Origin: Candidatus Binatia bacterium
Lineage (GTDB): Bacteria; Desulfobacterota; Binatia; HRBIN30
Assembly (NCBI GenBank): GCA_038245295.1
Contig: JBBRSP010000062.1
Location: forward strand, 1-11,312
Reading direction: 5' to 3'
DNA length: 11,312 bases
Under the pieces are notes generated by a model, which ran no database searches, was not told the DNA's origin, and saw only the letters and a program-made list of their open reading frames with translations. The position numbers and the translations under genes were made by a program. The stretch's first letter is position 1. The number at the start of each line of letters is the position of its first letter. Shown here piece by piece: positions 1 through 8,200 of the stretch.

Positions 1-44
1 TGACTCCGATCTGCCTCGACCACCCGCGCTCCGCTCTGCCCCAT
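1..44 (-). CDS. Probable IS1182-family transposase, N-terminal 15 codons only (partial)
   Basis: SD GGAGGTGA (57-50), a 5-nt spacer and ATG at 44 give MGQSGARVVEADRS(Q/H). This resembles the 'AR...ADRSQ' start I recall from IS1182 transposases. Not in the ORF track. Confidence 0.55.
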   Translation of the reverse strand, partial: MGQSGARVVEADRS

Positions 45-128
45 CCTCGTCACCTCCCGCCACAACCCATCGCGTCACGATGTGTATCGCATGGTTCTCG
101 TGGAAGGAGGCGATTTTTTCACAAGCTC
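1..128 (-). mobile_element. Left end of a probable IS1182-family insertion sequence (continues beyond the window start)
   Basis: The minus strand from 128 reads GAGCTTGTGAAAAAATC, resembling IS1182/IS5-type terminal inverted repeats. It is followed 84 nt later by an ATG with a strong SD that opens a transposase-like N-terminus. The other end and the DDE core lie outside the window. Confidence 0.6.
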
Positions 129-178
129 GTAGCGGCGATTCTCGCGATTGTCCGGAGAATCGCGACAATCAGACAATC
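129..178. repeat. GTAG-initiated, REP-like interleaved inverted repeat; may double as the vapC terminator
   Basis: GTAG at 129-132. GCGATTCTC (135-143) pairs with GAGAATCGC (155-163). GATTGTC (146-152) pairs with GACAATC (164-170, repeated at 172-178). Confidence 0.5.
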
Positions 179-233
179 ACACTCGCATCCCCGAATCGGC
201 CCCGGTCGACCAGGGCTCCGGATCCACCCAAGG

Positions 234-653
234 TCATTCAGGCGGAAAGATGAGTGGAATTGCCTGTCGGCCGTGCCGGCGATAGACGCGGAAGTCGCTA
301 TCGATGGTGAAGACCTCCGAGTTGGTGTAAATCTCCGCCATCCGGACAAGGCATGCGTCCGCTAGCGCCATCGGCATCTGGTGGTATTTCATCATCAGGC
401 GGCCGATGGCAGCGCGATGCTCGTCGAGGTCGAAACTGAGACGAACAATGTCGTCGTTGAGTAGTCCAAAGAGTTGCCGCGCGCCGCGATCGTAGGCCGC
501 GAGGAGGAAGGCGCATTCCGACACCACTGCTTCGCAGGTGAGCATCGGCTGACTCATCGATTCCAACTGCGCCGCAGCCCACGTATGCCAACGATCATTA
601 CGATCGAGCAGGGCTACCAGCGGCCCCGTATCAACGAGAACGCGAGCGGCCAT
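234..653 (-). CDS. vapC: PIN-domain type II toxin (VapC family ribonuclease), 139 aa
   Basis: MAARVLVDTGPLVALLDRNDRWH...TCEAVVSE...MALADACLV...FTIDSDFRVYR contains the conserved PIN acidic residues. The start is moved from 701 to the ATG at 653, which overlaps the antitoxin 3' end by 23 nt. Confidence 0.93.
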   Translation of the reverse strand: MAARVLVDTGPLVALLDRNDRWHTWAAAQLESMSQPMLTCEAVVSECAFLLAAYDRGARQLFGLLNDDIVRLSFDLDEHRAAIGRLMMKYHQMPMALADACLVRMAEIYTNSEVFTIDSDFRVYRRHGRQAIPLIFPPE

Positions 654-870
654 ATCCGACGAGGGGCTTGGACTTCTTCGAGAGATTCCCGGGGCCGGCA
701 ACCGAGCCGATGCGGTGTCGAGCCCGTTCGGCGAGTGTGCCCGTTGTTGCGCCAGCTTGCTTCGTAAAAGCGTCGCGAAGCACCGCCGACTTGGACGTCC
801 GCCGGCGCAGTGCTTCCGTGGTCAGCTGTTCATGGAGGGCTTCGGAGATTTTGACCGTTACGGTTGGCAT
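631..870 (-). CDS. vapB: Ribbon-helix-helix (CopG-like) antitoxin, VapB-type, 79 aa
   Basis: N-terminal beta-alpha-alpha pattern MPTVTVKISEALHEQLTTEALRRRTSKSAVLRDAF. The tail GSVAGPGNLS...GYG is typical of RHH partners of this PIN subfamily. It lies directly upstream of and overlaps vapC. Confidence 0.88.
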   Translation of the reverse strand: MPTVTVKISEALHEQLTTEALRRRTSKSAVLRDAFTKQAGATTGTLAERARHRIGSVAGPGNLSKKSKPLVGYGRSRSR

Positions 871-879
871 GCCCGAGAC

Positions 880-913
880 GTATTACCACCATGGCAGGGT
901 GTCAATACCACCA
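880..913 (-). promoter_or_regulatory. TA promoter with overlapping operator (probable autorepression site)
   Basis: Perfect TTGACA on the minus strand (905-900). Dyad GTATTACCACC (880-890) / GGTGTCAATAC (898-908), 9/11 symmetric. Direct repeat TACCACCA at 884 and 906. There is no SD before the ATG at 870, and the -10 box is not canonical. Confidence 0.7.
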
Positions 914-936
914 ATCCCACGCGGGTGACCCCTGCC

Positions 937-956
937 TGTTTCAGCAGCCCGCTAAG
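937..956 (-). mobile_element. Degenerate IS5/IS1182/MITE-type terminal repeat
   Basis: The minus strand reads CTTAGCGGGCTGCTGAAACA, resembling recalled TAGCAGGCTGCTGAAAAA-type ends. It abuts the stop codon at 957-959 and points into the TA operon. Confidence 0.35.
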
Positions 957-1085
957 TCAGAGAGGCGAGCCGAGGCGATCGATGAAGGCGATGTCGGCGC
1001 GCGGCCGGCGATACACCCGTTTCGCAAACGCCGGCGCCGAATAGCCGAGCGGCAGCATGGCGGCGGTCGAGACATCATCCGAGGG
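957..1085 (-). pseudogene. 3' remnant of a nitroreductase-family gene
   Basis: PSDDVSTAAMLPLGYSAPAFAKRVYRRPRADIAFIDRLGSPL* matches the nitroreductase C-terminal pattern (P.D..TAA.IPLGYP.......RRP..E....DRWG). No frame upstream of ~1085 continues the similarity. Confidence 0.55.
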
Positions 1086-1320
1086 GCAATTTAGGGACGG
1101 AGCGCCGATGAAAACCGGCAAGAGGTACGTCTTCGCGCACCGACAAGATTTGGAACGTTCGTTACCTGGTTGGCTCGATGGAATCGTTCGCGGCTGTATG
1201 TGGCGCGTGTTCACGGTTTCGTGTGACTTTCGTTTGATCTCCGTCAAGTCTCCCTTCTGAGCCTGGGGTATTCCCGTTGCTCCCGAGATCCCACGGGACA
1301 TTGGCGGAGGAGGCTTGGAC

Positions 1321-4300
1321 ATGAGTGCACGAGGGCGATTGTTCGCAGTATTGGCCGCTTGCGTGATGGCGACAGCCGCCAACGCAAGCAATGCCGAGAA
1401 GCCGATGGCAGCCGAGGCGATGGCGCGCGCCGCCGTTTCGGCGCAACTCGGGCGCGAGCGCGGCGAGTTCCATGTCCAACGACGCGGCACACGGCTGCAT
1501 GCCGATCATCTCGCGTCGGGCCTTACGGCAACCTGGGATGAGAGCGGCGCAACCATTGCCGCAGCCGACTCCGTCAGCTGGCACCTTTACCTCACGAGCT
1601 ACGGTCGTGCCGAGGCGATGCACGCCGCTGCGCCGGTGAGTCCGACGCAGCCCGCCGCCAATCGAGTCGAGTATCGCCATCCGGGCGTGACCGAATGGTG
1701 GGTCAACGGGCCGAGCGGCCTAGAGCACGGGTTTACCCTCGAAGATCGCCCTAAAACGGCAACTGGTCCGATCAGCATACAGCTTGCCTCCGAAGGCCTC
1801 ACACCACGCCTCGACGCCGATGGTCTCGGCGTCGATCTTGTTGGCGCCGCCGGCGACAGTGTCCTGCATTATCGAGGCGTCATCGCCTTCGATGCGGACG
1901 GAAAACTGCTGCCCGTGTGGATCGATGTACCGCAAGCGGATCGAAGCGGCGTGGGCTCCGGATGTCTGGCGCTGCACGTTGACGACCGCGGTGCGCGTTA
2001 CCCGATCGTCGTCGACCCGTGGATCGAGGCGGCCCGTCTTTACGCTTCCGACGGCGCTGCCGGCGACAAGCTCGGGGCCGTTGCCGTCGACGGCGATACG
2101 TTGGTGGTTGGCACTGGTCTGGCGTCCGTCAGCGGACATTCCTCGCAAGGTGCCGCCTATGTGTTCGTCAAACCGATGGGTGGCTGGACCGGATCACTGA
2201 CCCAGGTGGCCAAGCTCACCGCCTCGGATGGCGCCAGCGGCGATCAGTTCGGGAGCTCTGTGGCGATCAGCGGCGATACGATCCTCGTCGGCGCACCGTT
2301 CGACGACACGCCTCAGGGGACTGACGCGGGGTCGGCCTATGTCTTCGTCAAGCCGCCCGGCGGTTGGGTCGACATGACGCAGACCGCCAAGCTGACCACC
2401 ACCGTTGTTCAGGTCAACGACCAGTTCGGCCGTGGCGTGGCACTCGCGGGAGATGTCGCGGCGGCCGGGGCCCAGGGCAAGAATTCGGTGTTCGTCTTCG
2501 AAAAGCCGATGGGTGGCTGGGCCGATATGACCATACAAACGGCGCGGCTCGCGAGCTCGAGCGCCGTGTCCGGTGAACAGCTCGGGTATTCGGTGGCGAT
2601 CAGCGGGGCGCTGATCGCGGCAGGTGCCCCGTCGTACACCGGCGGTCGCGGCGGCATCTATTTGTTCGCCAGAGCCGGTGCCAATTGGGTCGATACGACC
2701 ACCGAGGCGGCGAAGTTGAAAGCGTCCGATGGTTCCGTTTCGCCGGCCTTCGACAACATGGGTACACGCGTGTCGGTTGACGGCGATACCGTCGCCAGCG
2801 GTGTAAGTACTCGATCGAACAGCACCGGCAAGGCGTACGTCTGGGTGAAGCCCATTCTCGGATGGTCTGGCATTCTCAATGAAAGTGCGTCTCTGACAGC
2901 GCCGGATGGGAGCGTTGGCGCCGCGTTCGGCACGGCGACGGCGATTCGCGGTGATGTCGTCCTCGTCGGCGCCGGGAATACCGTCGTTTCCAGCGTCAAT
3001 ACGGGCGCGGCCTACTATTTTACGAAACCAGTTGCCGGCTGGAGCGGCAGCATCAACAAGGCGCAGCGGCTCAACCCGATCAACGGCACGGGTATCCAGG
3101 GACTCGGTAACTACGTCGCCTTCAACGCCGACACCGTCTTTGCCGCGGCTACGGAAGCTACCGTCAGCGGAAAAATCAGTCAGGGTTTCGTGTTGGCATT
3201 CAGCAATCCCTCGGATGTGGCGATCTGGGATGGTGGCGGTGCCAACACCAAGTGGACGACGGCGCAGAACTGGGTCGGCGACACCGTGCCGCTCACTACC
3301 GACAATGTGATCTTCGACGCCACGTCGGCGAAGAATTGCGATCTCGACGTCGACGTCACCGCCGCCAGCATCAGCATCAACAACGGCTACACCGGCACCC
3401 TCAACCAGAATGCCCACACGCTGACGACGACGGGCGGGATCTCGCAGTACGTCGGCACCTTCGCCGGCTCCACGGCCGCGACGAATATCGGCGGCGACCT
3501 CAACCTCCTCGGCGGGACCTTTACGGCCACCAGTGGCACGACGAGTATCATCGGCAACTTCAACAAGAGTGGTGCGACCTTCACGCACGCGAGCGGGACG
3601 GTGAGCTTCAACGGTACGAGCACGCTGACCGGTAGCAACACCAACCCATTCAACCACGTGACGATCAGCGGCACGCTGAGCAGCGACGCCACGATCGATC
3701 TTCAGGGTAGCTGGACGAACAACGGCACCTTCAACGCGGGCTTATCGACGGTGTCTTTCTCGGGCAGTAGCGCCGCCGCCGTCGGTGGCAGTGCGCCGGT
3801 CGCCTTCAACAACGTGACCTTGAACAAGACGGCGACACTGACCGCCAATCGCGACGTCACCGTGAACGGCACGTTGGCGATCCAACAAGCCAACGATCTC
3901 GATATGGGAATGAACACCTTGATCCTGGGAGCCAGCAGCGCGGCGACGACGTCGGGAAGCGGCCAGGGCGATGTGATTGGCAGAGTACTGCGCTCGTCGT
4001 TCAATAGCGGCACGAGTTACGACTTCGGCAGCCCCAACACAGAGTTTGGCTCTCTGACGTTCGCCTCGGTACCAACATCGATCGCGGTCACGCTCACCAA
4101 GCAAGGCCCGACTGATTTCTCGACCGCTGTGCTGCGCCGCTATCTCATCGACGTGCCGGATGGGAGCGGCGTAAGCGCCGATCTGAAGCTGCACTATCTG
4201 GATTCCGAGCTCAACGGTAATTCCGAGGCGGCGCTGAACCTGTGGCGACAGGACGCGGGGGTGTGGACCAACATCGGTGCGACGACGCGTTCGACGACCA

Positions 4301-5172
4301 ATAACTCTGTCACGAAGGCAGGGGTGAACACCTTCTCTCTATGGACGTTGTCGGTCAGCGGACCGCCGGCGCCGACGGCAACACCGAGCCTCTCGCCGAC
4401 GCGCACCGGTACGGCAACCCAGACGGCGACACGCACCCCAACGTTGACGCCGACCCAGACGGCGACACGCACCCCAACGTTGACGCCGACTCAGACAGCG
4501 ACGCGTACACCGACGCTGACCCCAACGACAACGTCGACCGTGACGCCGACCGCTACGGGCACGGCGACGGCCAGCCCCACGGTCACCTCGACGGCGACGC
4601 CAACGGCAACGCCCGTGGGGGTGTGTCCGCCGACGCCGTTGCCGAACTGCAAACTCGGGCAATTGGGGAAGGGTAGCTTCCGACTGAGCCAGAAGATCGG
4701 CAACACCGCCAAGAATCGCTTTGTATGGGCCTGGAACAAAGGCGCGGCGACGTCGCTTGCCGAGCTCGGCGATCCGCTCAACACGACGACGTTTTCGGCC
4801 TGCGTCTACGACGGCAGTGGCTCCTTGCTGACGCAGTTGGCGATCGCCCCGGGCGGCGTGTGTGTCGACAAACCGTGTTGGAAGGCTGTCGGCCGCCCGG
4901 CTACGCCCGGATTCCGCTACGCCAACAAACTCACCAACGGCGACGGCGTAACGCGTTTCATCATCAAGGCCGGCATCGATGGCAAAGCCAGGATCCGTCT
5001 GGTCGCCAAGGCCGGCTCCCTGCTCATGCCGACATTGCCTCTCGTGCAGACACCCAATCCGGTGGTCGTCATGCTGGTCAATTCGGCCAACTCATCCTGC
5101 TGGGAGGCCAGCTACAGCGATCCGCCGAAGAGCAAGCCGGGCACGGCGAAGTGGCGGGATGTGAACGACTGA
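1321..5172 (+). CDS. Large secreted FG-GAP repeat (7-blade beta-propeller) protein with beta-helix-like passenger, PT linker and Cys/Lys-rich C-terminal domain, 1283 aa
   Basis: SD GGAGGAGG (1306-1313) favours ATG 1321 over TTG 1315. Signal peptide MSARGRLFAVLAACVMATAANA. N-domain EWWVNGPSGLEHGFTL...YPIVVDP. Seven FG-GAP blades at ~2030-3205 (e.g. GDQFGSSVAISGDTILVGAP...AYVF). WDGGG..KW....NW opens a G/S/T/N-rich passenger at ~3220. YLDSELNGNSE..L.LWR module at ~4195. PT linker ~4365-4615. CTD 4621-5169. Confidence 0.93.
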   Translation: MSARGRLFAVLAACVMATAANASNAEKPMAAEAMARAAVSAQLGRERGEFHVQRRGTRLHADHLASGLTATWDESGATIAAADSVSWHLYLTSYGRAEAMHAAAPVSPTQPAANRVEYRHPGVTEWWVNGPSGLEHGFTLEDRPKTATGPISIQLASEGLTPRLDADGLGVDLVGAAGDSVLHYRGVIAFDADGKLLPVWIDVPQADRSGVGSGCLALHVDDRGARYPIVVDPWIEAARLYASDGAAGDKLGAVAVDGDTLVVGTGLASVSGHSSQGAAYVFVKPMGGWTGSLTQVAKLTASDGASGDQFGSSVAISGDTILVGAPFDDTPQGTDAGSAYVFVKPPGGWVDMTQTAKLTTTVVQVNDQFGRGVALAGDVAAAGAQGKNSVFVFEKPMGGWADMTIQTARLASSSAVSGEQLGYSVAISGALIAAGAPSYTGGRGGIYLFARAGANWVDTTTEAAKLKASDGSVSPAFDNMGTRVSVDGDTVASGVSTRSNSTGKAYVWVKPILGWSGILNESASLTAPDGSVGAAFGTATAIRGDVVLVGAGNTVVSSVNTGAAYYFTKPVAGWSGSINKAQRLNPINGTGIQGLGNYVAFNADTVFAAATEATVSGKISQGFVLAFSNPSDVAIWDGGGANTKWTTAQNWVGDTVPLTTDNVIFDATSAKNCDLDVDVTAASISINNGYTGTLNQNAHTLTTTGGISQYVGTFAGSTAATNIGGDLNLLGGTFTATSGTTSIIGNFNKSGATFTHASGTVSFNGTSTLTGSNTNPFNHVTISGTLSSDATIDLQGSWTNNGTFNAGLSTVSFSGSSAAAVGGSAPVAFNNVTLNKTATLTANRDVTVNGTLAIQQANDLDMGMNTLILGASSAATTSGSGQGDVIGRVLRSSFNSGTSYDFGSPNTEFGSLTFASVPTSIAVTLTKQGPTDFSTAVLRRYLIDVPDGSGVSADLKLHYLDSELNGNSEAALNLWRQDAGVWTNIGATTRSTTNNSVTKAGVNTFSLWTLSVSGPPAPTATPSLSPTRTGTATQTATRTPTLTPTQTATRTPTLTPTQTATRTPTLTPTTTSTVTPTATGTATASPTVTSTATPTATPVGVCPPTPLPNCKLGQLGKGSFRLSQKIGNTAKNRFVWAWNKGAATSLAELGDPLNTTTFSACVYDGSGSLLTQLAIAPGGVCVDKPCWKAVGRPATPGFRYANKLTNGDGVTRFIIKAGIDGKARIRLVAKAGSLLMPTLPLVQTPNPVVVMLVNSANSSCWEASYSDPPKSKPGTAKWRDVND
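4417..4524 (+). repeat. 3 x 36-bp coding tandem repeat (TQTATRTPTLTP)
   Basis: 4417-4452 and 4453-4488 are identical. 4489-4524 differs at 9 positions, all synonymous. Confidence 0.95.
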
Positions 5173-5177
5173 GGCGG

Positions 5178-5212
5178 TGGCCATTTGGCGAAATGGCCAG
5201 GTCAAATGGCCA
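5178..5212. repeat. Hairpin with duplicated 3' arm just after the FG-GAP gene stop (terminator or operator)
   Basis: TGGCCATTT (5178-5186) is complementary to AAATGGCCA at both 5191-5199 and 5204-5212. There is no U-tract. Confidence 0.55.
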
Positions 5213-5284
5213 ACGAGGTTGCAACCATGCTAAACACCCGGCGCCGCGGCAGGAGAGCGCTCCCGGCCGCGGCGGCAGAGCAAC

Positions 5285-8200
5285 ATGGTGTATTCCTTCA
5301 GTACGTTCGACGTCGACGCGGCGGGGCGCGAGTTGCGGCACGACGGCAAAGTCGTCGAGGTGGAGCCGAAAGTCTTCGACCTCTTGCTCTATCTGATCGA
5401 GCATCGCGACCGTGTTGTCCCGAAAGACGAGTTGTTCGATACGTTGTGGCCGAACGTCGTCGTGGCGCCGGCAGCGTTGACGTCGTGTGTAACCCGCTTG
5501 CGACGTGCCCTCGCCGAATCAAATGCGTCGGCGGAAACGATTCGCACTTTTCACCGTCACGGTTACCGTTTCATCGCCACCCTCAATGCCGATGGGGCGA
5601 TTGCTGCGCCAACACACCCGCCTTTGCCCGAGGTACGGCCGACCGCCGTGCCACGCACGAACCCGAGTGAGCCATACCTTGGGCGCGAGCAGGAACTGAC
5701 CCAGGTGCGCGGCATGATCGAGAGCCTGATGGCGGCGGCAGCCTCTGGTCAGCGCCCGCAGGCGTTGTTCCTACGCGGCGACGCCGGGATCGGCAAAAGC
5801 CGAACCCTCGACGAGGCCGTGCGCTATGCCGCGGAATGCGGCGCCGAGGTGCTGATGGCGCGCTGCTATGAAGGGGAGGGCGCCGGCGGCTTCTGGCCAT
5901 GGGTCCGTATCCTTCGGGCCTGTGCGCAACAGCGTGAGATCCACAGCTTTGCGTTGCTGGCCGGCGGCGGCGCCGCGGAGATTGCGCGTGTCGTGCCGTC
6001 GCTGCGCGAGATTCTGCCGGCGTTGCCGACACTCGACGGGCGCAGCGGTGACGAGGCGCGCGCGCCGTTCTTTGACGCCGTGACGAATCTGCTGGCGAAT
6101 GCGGCGGCCACACGTCCGCTGGTCCTCGTCTTCGACGATCTCCATTGGGCCGACGCGGCGTCGTTGTTGCTGCTGCAGTTCGTCATTCACGAAATGCCAA
6201 ACGCTCCGTTGCTGATCCTTGGTGCCTATCGCCCGATCGAAGCCGAAGCACCGCATCCGCTCGCGGTGTTGCTGGCCGCCTTGCAACGCGAAGAGCGCTG
6301 CCAGGTGGTGACCCTCGGGCCGCTCGCCGCCGACGCTGCCTACGCGATGTTGCGCAGTCTTGCCGGCGCCGATGTCGATGTCGCGATTGCCACCAAGATC
6401 ATCGAGACGACCGAGCGCAATCCGTTGTTCATCGGCGAATATTGGCGCGATCTGGTTGAGCGCGGCGCGGTTCAACTTTACGGCGCACGCTGGGCGGGCA
6501 GCTCCGCCGGTGAACCGAGTCGTGTACCCGACGGTGTCAAGGCGCTGATTGGCCGCCGACTGCATGGCCTGAGCTCTATATGTACTGAGCATCTGACCCT
6601 CGCCGCCGTTGCCGGCCGTGAGTTCACCTTCGATCTGCTGCTGGCCGCGACGCGGGCAGCGCGCGAGGTGTTGCTGGATAGTCTCGACGAAGGGATCGAT
6701 GCCCATGTCATCGTTGACGCGAATGACGTCGTCGGGCGTTATCGTTTCACGCACGCCCTGCTGCGCGAGACCTTGTATGAATCGTTGAGTGTAATGCGTC
6801 GCGCCGAATGGCATGCGCGGGTTGGCAATGCGTTGCTCGAGCTTGGCGCGGCGGAGTCGGAAGAGGGGCAACCAGATCTGGCGTACCATCTGGTCCAAGC
6901 CGCCGCCGCGGGCAATACCGACATAGCGATCGAACATGCGCGGCGTGCCGCCGAGCGCTCGACGGCGGTGCTGGCCTACGAAGATGCAGTACGCTGGTTC
7001 GAACGGGCCCTGAGTGTGTTCGAAGGACGACCCGTGCGAGGTGATGGCGCGGCGGCGCGTCGGATGCGGAGTGATATCCTTTTGGCGCTGGGCGAGGCCT
7101 GCGATCGTTCCGGCGAAGGTGAACGCGCCCGCCGCCTGTTCTACGAGGTAGCGAATCTGTCGCGTGAAGACGGCGATGCCGAGCGGTTGGCACGGGCGGT
7201 GTTGGGTTTGACGACGCGGTGGACCTTCGACGATCCGCAGTTGATCACTTTGTTGAAAGCAGCACTGGCGGCGGTCGGCGAAAGCGAGTTGCGTATTCCG
7301 CTGCTGGGCCGATTAGCCATCGCGCTCTACCAGAAGCCCGACACCGCAGAGCGTCGCGCCGCCTTGTGTGACGAGGCGCTGACCAGCGCACGCCGAACGC
7401 GAGCGGCAACCGTGATTGCAAATGCCCTCGCCGACAACCTCGGCGGCTTGTGGCACACGTCGAACGTGCGCCAACAGCTGCAGTGGGCCGAAGAAATCGC
7501 CGAGCTTGCACCGCAAACGGGCGATCCGCGCCTGGCCTTGACGGCCGACGTCTGGCGCATCGTTGCATTGCTTGGGTTGGGACAGATCCGTGCCGCCGAC
7601 GCGGTCCTCTCGCAGTTCAGCGTGTCGGTCGCGGCAGCGCGCCTGCCGACCTTTCGTTGGTATGCCACCTACCTTGAGGCCGGGTTGCACCTCGTGCGCG
7701 GGCGCTTGGCGGACGCCGAACGCACCATGCAAGAGGCCTTCGCGCTCGGCCAGCGCATCAGCGAAAGCGGCGCGTTGTACGTCTACCGCGGACAGCTCTT
7801 CGCCCTGCGACGCGAGCAAGGCCGGTTGGCCGAGCTCGAGGTGGCATTCACGGCCGGAGCAATCGACCCGGGCAATCTAAATGTCATTCGCTGGCCGATC
7901 CCATACTTCTTCAGCGAGCTCGGTCGTGACGAACAGGCGCGGGCCATCTTCGCGGCGGCTGCTGCCGACGGTTTTGCCGACGTGCCGCCGGAGAACGCCC
8001 GCAACACCCGGCTTAGCGCCCTGAGCGGTTACGCCGAGGTATGCGGAAATCTCGCGGCGCGTGAGTCTGCCGGTCGCCTATACGAGATGCTCGAACCGTA
8101 CGACGGCTTGTGGGCGGTCCTCGGTTGGGGAGCGGTGACCACCACGGCGGTCAAACAATCCCTCGCCGTGCTTGCGGGAGTGTTGGGTCGCTGGGATGAA

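Noticed and set aside
654..701. 16-aa N-terminal extension of VapC in the ORF track
   Set aside because: It lies inside the antitoxin gene. The PIN domain begins a few residues after Met at 653.
1149..1166. sigma54-like TTGGAACGTTCGTTACC upstream of the FG-GAP gene
   Set aside because: The -12 dinucleotide is AC, not the near-invariant GC.
1348..1362. LAAC lipobox in the signal peptide
   Set aside because: The Cys is at residue 14 after only ~7 hydrophobic residues, and hydrophobicity continues to an ANA site, so SPase I cleavage is more likely. SignalP 6 would decide.
957..1490. 177-aa minus-strand ORF as an intact gene
   Set aside because: The 5' part is antisense to the FG-GAP gene start and its upstream region. 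Only the last ~42 codons look protein-like.
2150..2535. Nucleotide-level similarity among AYVFVKP.GGW segments as a DGR template/variable repeat
   Set aside because: These are coding propeller blades, the differences are not adenine-specific, and no reverse transcriptase is present.
2194..3657. 487-aa antisense ORF (also 5771..6937 and other overlapping ORFs)
   Set aside because: Shadow frames of high-GC genes with no recognisable motifs.
4417..4524. 36-bp repeats as a CRISPR array
   Set aside because: Head-to-tail with no spacers, in frame within a PT linker, and no cas genes.
5207..5223. TGGCCAACGAGGTTGCA as a sigma54 promoter
   Set aside because: The spacing is GG-N11-GC, whereas sigma54 needs N10.
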